Source: a virus (lineage: Duplodnaviria; Caudoviricetes). From it: DNA of 34,632 bases. Within the stretch, counting starts at the first letter, position 1, and every line of letters starts with the position of its first letter. Below the pieces are notes generated by a model. That model had not been told where the DNA came from and ran no database searches. It was given only the letters and a program-made list of their open reading frames with translations. Positions 17,880 through 24,484 of the stretch are shown in pieces. The DNA is taken from IMG/VR virus record IMGVR_UViG_3300033067_000886, positions 1 to 34,632 of that record; one strand, given 5' to 3'. Both the position numbers and the translations under genes were made by a program.

Positions 17880-18233
17880 TTATTGTAAAGAAATACACCA
17901 ACGCTGTTGATGCGTTTTGAGGCGGTGACAGTTCGCACACAGGGTTTGGAGATTTTCTGGCGCTGAATTGTTGTGATCGCCGTCGATATGATCGACATCG
18001 AGTTGGCATGGGTGAGCGGCGACGAAGCCGCAGCGCTCGCAGAGCCCCTTCTTTTTCTTGGTGTACGCGGGACCGCGTTTTGTCGTTCGATAGCGCCGCT
18101 CATCGCATGGAGAGCACAGCGGCCGAAATTTACCGCCTGGACGCTTCTTTTGGGGATTTTTACCACACTTTAGACAAAGGCCGCGGATCGCGGCTCCATC
18201 CCCTTTGACGTAGACCTGCTTTGACACCACCAC
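17880..18233 (-). CDS. HNH endonuclease
   Basis: CERCG...LDVDHIDGDHNNSAPENLQTLCANCHRLKT plus N-terminal CxxC pairs. Confidence 0.88.
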   Translation of the reverse strand: MVVSKQVYVKGDGAAIRGLCLKCGKNPQKKRPGGKFRPLCSPCDERRYRTTKRGPAYTKKKKGLCERCGFVAAHPCQLDVDHIDGDHNNSAPENLQTLCANCHRLKTHQQRWCISLQ

Positions 18234-18238
18234 CCCCC

Positions 18239-18275
18239 AAACGCAAAGCGCCAGCCGTACATCCGGGCTGGCGCT
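18239..18275 (-). terminator. Putative intrinsic terminator closing the structured RNA locus
   Basis: 10-bp stem AGCGCCAGCC/GGCUGGCGCU followed by UUGCGUUU. Confidence 0.55.
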
Positions 18276-18560
18276 CCACTGACGCGGGACGGATCAGGTT
18301 CACCCCGGGGCTCTCACCGGCCGGTCCTGATCTGTGTCCCCGCAACCATGCCGTTCTCGGCAAGCGAACCCCTCGCAGGGTAAAAATCCACGGCACCAGC
18401 CAGCGGCTCCAGTGCCGGTCGGGCTTCCGCCCTTTCATGACGCGCCTGTCCGCTGGCGCGCTCCGGGTATTGGTCCCGGCCCTGAAACAACGCTGGGGGC
18501 ATTGCCTCGGGCCGGGGGCGCTCCCGGTCGGGAGGGAATCTCGACCGAGAACTCGAAACT

Positions 18561-18637
18561 TGGTTGCGGGGGTCAGATTCGAACTGACGACCTCGTGGTT
18601 ATGAGCCGCGCGAGCTACCGGGCTGCTCCACCCCGCA
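18561..18637 (-). tRNA. tRNA-Met(CAT), initiator-like
   Basis: Cloverleaf TGCGGGG-TG-GAGC..GCTC-G-CGCGG-CT CAT AA-CCACG-AGGTC-GTCAG TTCGAAT CTGAC-CCCCGCA-ACCA, closely resembling bacterial tRNA-fMet. Confidence 0.93.
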
Positions 18638-18894
18638 ACATCCCCGGCTTGCGCCGGGGGTCCACCGACTTCACCCCACGGGTGGGAGGCCTCGGCAGGG
18701 GCCTTCGCACGCTGGGGCCGTGTACCCAGCAGCTACGGAGCCGGGCGGTGCAGGGCGCGTCACCCCAGGGAGAACGCGCCAGATGCCTGTTCGTATGCAG
18801 GCACCTTGAACAGCTGCACCGCCCGAAACTGGTTCCCGCCTGCCGGAGCAAGCGGGATGCTTCAAGGACGAATCACCACCAATGAACAATCCCG

Positions 18895-18923
18895 ACTGTC
18901 TCACACCTTCCAAATCGAGGCAA
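18895..18923 (-). promoter_or_regulatory. Putative sigma70-type promoter for the structured RNA
   Basis: TTGCCT-N17-GACAGT with a TG extension; predicted start near 18888. Confidence 0.4.
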
Positions 18924-18959
18924 TACCCTTGCAGCAAAAGGGTTTCGTGCCTGTGGATT

Positions 18960-19553
18960 TCAATCTCGTTTGGGCGTCTCAGTCATTGTCTCGGTGTTGC
19001 GCACGGTGTTGTCCCAGACCCAGACGCGGCGCTCGACATTCCAGTCATAGGCCTTCCAGATCAGCTGCTCGTGGCCGGGGCTCGGGCCAACCTGACCGGG
19101 TAGCGCGCGGCCGGACAGCGCGTCGATCGCCACCTTCATCGGGGTCTCGTGGTGGACATTGTTGCGGCCGTCATAGGGTCCGCCCTCGCAGGGTCCATAC
19201 ATCGGATCGTCTTTCGGGTCGTGATCGGGCGCGTAAATGCCCCAATCAATGTCCAGTTCCTTGTCCGCGGCCAGCTGCTTGGCCATAGCGACCGTCGCTG
19301 GATCGCGCACACCCTTGTAATTGTAGAGGTGCCGGCTCTTGGCCGACTCGGCATAGATCGTGCGACGCCCGGCCTCGGTCGGGCTCTCCTCGACGACGAT
19401 ACCCTCGTTGGTCTGCCAGGAGCCATCGGGGTTCCGCCGCGCGCCGGACTTGCGCATCTTCTCGCCTACGGTCTCGCTGGTGGGCTCCTCGGCTCGATTG
19501 GCGAGCCGGCGCAGCTGGGATTGACCCTGCTTCATCCAGTCAGACAGGCTCAC
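18960..19553 (-). CDS. Hypothetical protein
   Basis: 197-aa ORF; GTG start overlaps the upstream gene. Confidence 0.7.
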   Translation of the reverse strand: MSLSDWMKQGQSQLRRLANRAEEPTSETVGEKMRKSGARRNPDGSWQTNEGIVVEESPTEAGRRTIYAESAKSRHLYNYKGVRDPATVAMAKQLAADKELDIDWGIYAPDHDPKDDPMYGPCEGGPYDGRNNVHHETPMKVAIDALSGRALPGQVGPSPGHEQLIWKAYDWNVERRVWVWDNTVRNTETMTETPKRD

Positions 19554-19971
19554 AGAACAGGTCTCCTATGGCTCGGGCGGCGTGAGCGCGGGCCTTGATG
19601 CCGGCGCGGCGGGTGGGCATATCGTACCGGTTATGACAACCTTGGCACATATGTAGGAGGTTTTCGTCCCGGCAGTCTTGAGGTTTGTGGTTTAAGTGGG
19701 CCACGGTTAGAACGATGGTTATCACCTTTTCGCCATTCGGCGAGTCGATGACACCGGCATTGTCGTAAAAGGTGCCGTTAGCCTGCCACCATCCCCGTAA
19801 TCCGTTGTATAGCTTGCAGCGATCCCATCCATCTTCCATACCGCCGCCGTGCGATTGTCCGCACTGCCCGGTGCACTCGCACCTGTTGCCGGAGCGCGCG
19901 CGGATGCGTGGCACGATCTCCGACTTCCAGTTCGGCGGGTAGAGCGCCTTGTTTTCAGGCCGGATAGGCAT
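19540..19971 (-). CDS. HNH-like protein
   Basis: MPIRPENKALYPPNW...RSGNRCEC...IVLTVAHLNH...NLLHMCQGCHNRYD; start trimmed to the ATG at 19971. Confidence 0.8.
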   Translation of the reverse strand: MPIRPENKALYPPNWKSEIVPRIRARSGNRCECTGQCGQSHGGGMEDGWDRCKLYNGLRGWWQANGTFYDNAGVIDSPNGEKVITIVLTVAHLNHKPQDCRDENLLHMCQGCHNRYDMPTRRAGIKARAHAARAIGDLFCEPV

Positions 19972-20194
19972 GGCCGCGCACCTTTTTCCACCAAAACCGC
20001 AGGGAGAACTTGTACAGGCCGCACCAGCCGGCGCGTCGCAGCACCATGGGCACCTGTGAGGAGAATGGCGAGGTCGCCGTCGGCGGGGCGCCGTAGCAAT
20101 AGCCGATCCTGGCGACACCATCGCTTGGGTTGGTCTCGTCGGGAATATCTCGCCGTCCGATGCAGAAGCGGCAGGTTTCACACCTTCTTGCCAA
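19955..20194 (-). CDS. Small Cys-rich protein
   Basis: CETCRFC...GYCYGAPP...WCG; TTG start after a GGAGGAGG SD. Confidence 0.6.
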   Translation of the reverse strand: MARRCETCRFCIGRRDIPDETNPSDGVARIGYCYGAPPTATSPFSSQVPMVLRRAGWCGLYKFSLRFWWKKVRGHAYPA

Positions 20195-20549
20195 GACGAG
20201 CCTCCTCCAGGATGCCGTGAGCACGGGTGCGCTCGGCGTCGTTCATGTTGCGGATGCGCTTGCTGGCGCCGAAGTGCTTGCGGCGGTACCAGTCATGCAC
20301 CGACAGCCGCACCGGGCCGGGGGATGGCGTGCGGTTGCGCATCAGGCGCCCGGCGTCAGACGGGCCGAGGTGCAGGCGCAGGTTCGAGCCGCGCTCATTC
20401 GGCATCTTGGCTCCGGCCTTGCTGTTGCGCGGCACAGCCGGGAACGGTTGCTCGAAGGGGAATGATTGGTCGCGTGGCCGGAAGTCGAGGATACGGCCTC
20501 CCAGCACAGCTGCCGCGGCGGCAAAAAAGCCCCTGAACCCGAACCTCAT
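20178..20549 (-). CDS. Hypothetical basic protein
   Basis: ATGA overlap with the upstream gene and a GAGG SD. Confidence 0.55.
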   Translation of the reverse strand: MRFGFRGFFAAAAAVLGGRILDFRPRDQSFPFEQPFPAVPRNSKAGAKMPNERGSNLRLHLGPSDAGRLMRNRTPSPGPVRLSVHDWYRRKHFGASKRIRNMNDAERTRAHGILEEARLGKKV

Positions 20550-21217
20550 TTCTTCCTCCAGCTGGTGATCTTGCGCTTCTTCTCGCCGACGCCGAACTCG
20601 CGGGCGATCTGCGACAGCACGGCGGCACACTCGCCGCGAACCTCGGTCGGCGGCTCGGTGTCGGACAGGCACAGCTGATCGAGATAGTCCTTGGCGAGGT
20701 TGCGGCCGGTGATCGGGTCGGCATATTTCGCCAGCACTTTCATCAAGCGCTTGTACTGGCGCTTGGCGTAGGCAGCCTTCTCCTCGTAATCGGCGAGGGT
20801 ACCGTTCTGGATGTGGCGCTCGATCGTGGTGTCGCTGGCGCGGTTGGTGGTCGGCTCCAGGTTGGCCGACTTCGAGGTGCGCTTTGGCGCGTTAGCATGG
20901 TAGACGTCGAAGTTCTCGACGATGGCCTTGTAGCGGCGGCCCGCCATGCCCTGCGTCTTGGTGAGGTGGCCGAACAGCACCCAGCGGGTGACCGGCGCGA
21001 CCATCGCCGGGTTGGCGCCGAAGCGCTTCAATTCGTCGTCAAAGGCGGCGGTGATGCGGCGCCACATGACATTTTGACCGCCGCGACGGCGCTTTTCACG
21101 TGTTGAAGGACCATCTTTCCAGTGAGCCTTCTTTGCCGCGGCCGAGATATTTTTGATGTCGCTCACTGCTGCCCCTGTCTGTAGCATGGGATTTTCCGGT
21201 AGGAGGCCCGGCGGCAC
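20546..21217 (-). CDS. Hypothetical protein (possible late regulator)
   Basis: 223 aa; start uncertain (21217, 21187 or 21166); L...Q..AG.RY motif seen in prophage proteins upstream of late genes. Confidence 0.65.
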   Translation of the reverse strand: MPPGLLPENPMLQTGAAVSDIKNISAAAKKAHWKDGPSTREKRRRGGQNVMWRRITAAFDDELKRFGANPAMVAPVTRWVLFGHLTKTQGMAGRRYKAIVENFDVYHANAPKRTSKSANLEPTTNRASDTTIERHIQNGTLADYEEKAAYAKRQYKRLMKVLAKYADPITGRNLAKDYLDQLCLSDTEPPTEVRGECAAVLSQIAREFGVGEKKRKITSWRKK

Positions 21218-21248
21218 ACTGCGCGCCGCCGGGTAGCTGGTGGATCAA

Positions 21249-21878
21249 TCAGTAGTTCTTGCCGTCGTCGCCGGTGACCGCACGCCACTCCTTGCGGCTC
21301 TCGGACACGCGCTGGCCTATCGCCTCGCGGGTGGTGCCACCGCCGTTGATGCCGTCGCGGGTGTAGCCAGCCTTGCGCAGGGCATCGACCAGCTTGCTCA
21401 CCATGTAGCCGGACACAGCCATGGTCGGCGGCAGGTTGCCGTTCAGGTGCTCGGAGTGCTCGCAGATCGCGATGAAGCCGCAGACGGTGGAAATGTCGTG
21501 AGCTTCCTTGAGCGCGGCATACCTCGCCGCGGCGTTGTTCTCGCCGGCCTTGCGAGCCTCAACCAGTTCGCGGCGGGCAACAATGCGCTGATCGGGCGTC
21601 GACTTCGGGCCAAGCAGGCGATCGACGGCGAGTTCGAGCGGGGATTTGTCCGCAACGGGGTCCGGCAAGGTCATCGCGTGCGTAAGGGCCTGCTCCAGAC
21701 CGGTGATGATCTTGCTGGGCTTCTTCGCCTTCTTACGCTTCGGCGCGGGCTTGGCCTTCTTCTTGCGCGCGGCGCGGCGCAGCTTGGCGGCCTCCTCGCG
21801 CAGGCGCTTGCCCGCGGATTTGTGGCCTCTCGATTCGGCAAGGCGAGCCTTGCGGATCAGGGTGGACGGGGACGTCAT
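21249..21878 (-). CDS. Hypothetical protein with a Lys/Arg/Ala-rich N-terminus
   Basis: 209 aa with a GAGGAG SD. Confidence 0.7.
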   Translation of the reverse strand: MTSPSTLIRKARLAESRGHKSAGKRLREEAAKLRRAARKKKAKPAPKRKKAKKPSKIITGLEQALTHAMTLPDPVADKSPLELAVDRLLGPKSTPDQRIVARRELVEARKAGENNAAARYAALKEAHDISTVCGFIAICEHSEHLNGNLPPTMAVSGYMVSKLVDALRKAGYTRDGINGGGTTREAIGQRVSESRKEWRAVTGDDGKNY

Positions 21879-21896
21879 GGTGTCTCCTCTTTGCGG

Positions 21897-22703
21897 TTAT
21901 GACGGAGGGGGTGCGCGTCGACGGGACACCTCGACGCGCGGCTTTGCGGGCTTCTCCGCCGGGTGCAGCGGCGGTTTCTTGCGATTCCACCAGCGGTCCC
22001 ACAATTCGGGCCAGTTGATGGAGGTGGTGCCGGCGGCGAGGTGATAGCGCTTGAAGCCATCAAGCTCGGCGCCGATCTGCTTGGCGTCATAGCCCTCGGC
22101 CTGGACGTTGACGATCCAGGCGCCCGTCGGCCTGAATTCCGGGTCGATGCCGCTCTCGAAGGCGATGCCGGGAGGCTGCGAGACCGGCGGCTCGGGGATG
22201 ATCTCGTCCTCCTCGTCGATCTCGTCGTCGATGATCTGGCTCTCGATCTCGGCCTCGCGCTCCTGCTCGGCAGTAATCGCACGGCGATGTGATTCGGGGT
22301 CGGCGCCAACCATGGCGATTCCGGGCTCCTGCGCACGTTGCGCGGCGCGCTCGGTGTGGTTGGCCCCGGCCGCAACAGCGGCCTTCTTCGACTTGTCCTT
22401 GCGCGCGAGCGCGGCCGCGATCTCGATCTCGGCGCCAGCATGTGTCCAGACGCGAATGTTGCCGATCAGCGTCCTGATCTCGAACAGTCCGGCGCGCTCG
22501 ATCTTCACGCGGATGTCTGCCCATGTTTCCGGGTCGCAACCGGCGATACGCGCCAGCACAAAATCATCATCGGGCGGCGCTTCGCCCTGCTCGTAATAGT
22601 CCAGCAAAATGCGGATGTAGGCGCCGACCACGGCCGGGCCGAGGCGGCTGGTCTCGCGCTGGAACGTGTTGACCGGCAGCTTATACGTCAATTCCTTCGA
22701 CAA
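21897..22703 (-). CDS. Replication initiation protein, DUF1376/YdaU-like, with a DnaT-like C-terminal domain
   Basis: GAYIRILLDYY...PPDDDFVLARIAG motif and C-terminal ELDGFKRYH...NWPELWDRW; TTG start after GGAGG preferred, although the ORF extends to 22817. Confidence 0.75.
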   Translation of the reverse strand: MSKELTYKLPVNTFQRETSRLGPAVVGAYIRILLDYYEQGEAPPDDDFVLARIAGCDPETWADIRVKIERAGLFEIRTLIGNIRVWTHAGAEIEIAAALARKDKSKKAAVAAGANHTERAAQRAQEPGIAMVGADPESHRRAITAEQEREAEIESQIIDDEIDEEDEIIPEPPVSQPPGIAFESGIDPEFRPTGAWIVNVQAEGYDAKQIGAELDGFKRYHLAAGTTSINWPELWDRWWNRKKPPLHPAEKPAKPRVEVSRRRAPPPS

Positions 22704-22788
22704 TCTTCCCTCCTGTTTCACGATGCAGGGACCGGGCGCTGACGCCCGGTCTGGCGCCAGCCAGTAGATACCGGCTGGCGCCTTATCG

Positions 22789-23202
22789 TCAGGCGGTCGC
22801 GGCAACTTCGGTGCCACGGCCGATCTGGTTGAGGCTGGTGACGCCTTGCGCTCTCAACGCATCCTCGCGCGTCTGGCGTTCCTGCTCCGCCTCGGCCAGC
22901 AATTCCAGCTGGCGCGGGTCGGTCTTGGAGAAGGTCTGGCTGGCCGGATCGTGGTAGATCAGGGCCTTCTTGCGCTCCGCCACCGGGATCGAGGCCTTCA
23001 CGTCGGCGCTCATCGTCAGTGCCAGTTCGTCGTTCTTGTCCGGCGCCACCTCGATCTTGAGGGTGAGGGTGGCTTTCTTGCCGGTCAGGCGCGACGCCTT
23101 CATGATGGCGTCGAGCGTGGTGGTCAACTCCGCGATGGTACCAAGGCGACGCTCGTTCGCCTCCAGCACGTCAACGAAGGTCTTGAGGACCGCTTCGGTC
23201 AA
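22789..23202 (-). CDS. Conserved phage hypothetical protein
   Basis: 137 aa with TGKKATLTLKIEV...DPRQLEL motifs; AGGAGG SD and TTG start. Confidence 0.75.
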   Translation of the reverse strand: MTEAVLKTFVDVLEANERRLGTIAELTTTLDAIMKASRLTGKKATLTLKIEVAPDKNDELALTMSADVKASIPVAERKKALIYHDPASQTFSKTDPRQLELLAEAEQERQTREDALRAQGVTSLNQIGRGTEVAATA

Positions 23203-23323
23203 TGGTTGCCTCCTGGGCTTCTGGGGTTTTGGTGAACGCTCGAATCATACCCTGATCTGGTTCCAGATGCACGCGATTTCCGGTTATCCACCGGGCGATT
23301 TTGGTACCTCCATGGTACCGCCG

Positions 23324-23400
23324 TGGTGCCCTCGGCAGGACTCGAACCTGCAACCGTGGAAGTAGAATTTCCCTGCTCTATCCAGTTGAGCTACGAGGGC
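23324..23400 (-). tRNA. tRNA-Arg(TCT)
   Basis: GCCCTCG/CGAGGGC acceptor stem, A20 in the D-loop, anticodon loop AT-TCT-AC, TTCGAGT T-loop and encoded CCA. Confidence 0.9.
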
Positions 23401-23607
23401 GGCCTACCACTCAATGCGGCCTTTAATCATTTCGGGCTTGGTGCCACGAGATAGAACCCCCGTTAACCTTTCATCCCCAGAGTTACCACTGTCCACAGCT
23501 ACTTACTTAACAACCAGCTTAGAATCTTACTTCTGTGTTTGTTAGACCGTGATTAGCGGGGGCAGTGTGGACAACCTCGGCAATTCCGTTTCCATTTCAA
23601 AGACCTG

Positions 23608-23802
23608 TTACGGAAGTGAGCTTGTGAAGAAAGGATCGTTGGCCGGCCTCGGATAGCCGCGCTCGTCGCGGATGGTGCCAGCCAGCGCGACCATGTGCTG
23701 TCCTTTCGTGGCGCAGAAGATCAGGCCGGGCTCGATCTCCCATACCTCGCGCATGGTGTGACGCCAACCGTCATGGTCACGGTTGCGGCGCTCATTGCCC
23801 AT
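23608..23802 (-). CDS. Hypothetical protein (64 aa)
   Basis: ATG at 23802 with a GGAG SD, overlapping the upstream stop. Confidence 0.5.
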   Translation of the reverse strand: MGNERRNRDHDGWRHTMREVWEIEPGLIFCATKGQHMVALAGTIRDERGYPRPANDPFFTSSLP

Positions 23803-24019
23803 CGGACATTCTCCCGGTGTCAACCGTGAAGGTACCCTCATCGCTTACCTTGGTGACATAATATGTGGTGCGGACAACGCGAGGCGGCCAACTCCATCCC
23901 GATTTGCCCAGGAAATAAAACACTCTCGCCCAGAACGACAGCGGCAGCGGAACGTCGATGGCATCGCCGGCCTTGAGACCGTGGCTGGCTGCCGTGACGG
24001 TGGCAGGTTCAGGCGGCAC
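23792..24019 (-). CDS. Hypothetical protein (75 aa) resembling the HGL..GD beta module
   Basis: TVTAASHGLKAGD...YYVTKVSDEGTFTV. Confidence 0.55.
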   Translation of the reverse strand: MPPEPATVTAASHGLKAGDAIDVPLPLSFWARVFYFLGKSGWSWPPRVVRTTYYVTKVSDEGTFTVDTGRMSDGQ

Positions 24020-24287
24020 GGCGAATAGCCCTTGCGATGCGGCGACCGAACCAGAAGCGCTCGGCGACCTTGGCAGCGGCCTCGACGTGACGGCTTTGGC
24101 GCCAGAATGATTCCATCATGTACCTTTCCTTGACCAGACGAAGGGTCTGGTAGGACTTTTCGAGACGGCGCAGGGTTTTGCGCTGGTTGCGGATGCGGCG
24201 CAGGAGTATTTCGCGCTCTTTGAGCCATGCTTCGCGTTCGGCAGCATGTATCTCCATGATAGCTCGACCGGTCTGTTCAGGCGGCAC
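24009..24287 (-). CDS. Hypothetical basic coiled-coil protein
   Basis: GTG start after a GAGGAGG SD; trimmed from the 277-aa ORF. Confidence 0.55.
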   Translation of the reverse strand: MPPEQTGRAIMEIHAAEREAWLKEREILLRRIRNQRKTLRRLEKSYQTLRLVKERYMMESFWRQSRHVEAAAKVAERFWFGRRIARAIRRAA

Positions 24288-24474
24288 GTTGCGGTTCCTC
24301 CTCGCCAGCATTGATCCACCAGCACCACGTACTGGAGCACTCGTTGAAGTCGGAAAGGCTGGTGGTGCCACAGGACGAGCAGTAGCCCGGCTCGCGCTTG
24401 GCAGGCGCAGCCGGAATCGAACCGGCTCCCTCGGTTTTGGAGACCGATGTGCTACCGGAACACCTTGCACCCAT
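24277..24474 (-). CDS. Possible small Cys-rich protein whose ORF runs through tRNA-Trp
   Basis: GGAGG-N5-ATG start, open through the tRNA, ends in CSSC...CSSTWC; its stop overlaps the next gene. Confidence 0.4.
   Translation of the reverse strand: MGARCSGSTSVSKTEGAGSIPAAPAKREPGYCSSCGTTSLSDFNECSSTWCWWINAGEEEPQRAA
24399..24472 (-). tRNA. tRNA-Trp(CCA)
   Basis: GGGTGCA/TGCGCCT acceptor stem, TCGGT-CT CCA AA-ACCGA anticodon arm, GCCGG TTCGATT CCGGC T-arm, G73 and CCA. Confidence 0.88.
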
Positions 24475-24484
24475 TTTGGCCTCC

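Larger units (their letters stand above)
18239..18888 (-). ncRNA. Candidate large structured ncRNA with an embedded tRNA-Met
   Basis: No credible ORF; more than a dozen stems; GNRA loops and G-U pairs favour the minus strand; two candidate pseudoknots; flanked by a candidate promoter and terminator. Confidence 0.65.

Noticed and set aside
18276-18560. T-box riboswitch, hammerhead or theta/HDV ribozyme after the tRNA
   Set aside because: I could not find a UGGNACC T-box bulge, a CUGANGA/GAAA core or an HDV nested double pseudoknot by eye; a covariance search is needed to exclude them fully.
18160-18937. Short ORFs on both strands across the structured RNA locus
   Set aside because: They have Arg/Pro/Gly-rich shadow composition, lack convincing SDs, and several cross the tRNA.
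23355-23372. Reading the tRNA at 23324-23400 as an amber suppressor (CTA)
   Set aside because: Stem pairing (GGAA/TTCC) centres the loop on TCT, A20 indicates Arg, and TAG is used as a normal stop in this window.
21236-24323. 14-bp inverted match GCTGGTGGATCAAT at 21236-21249 and 24310-24323
   Set aside because: A few 14-mer matches are expected by chance in 35 kb, and there is no supporting recombinase or boundary signal.
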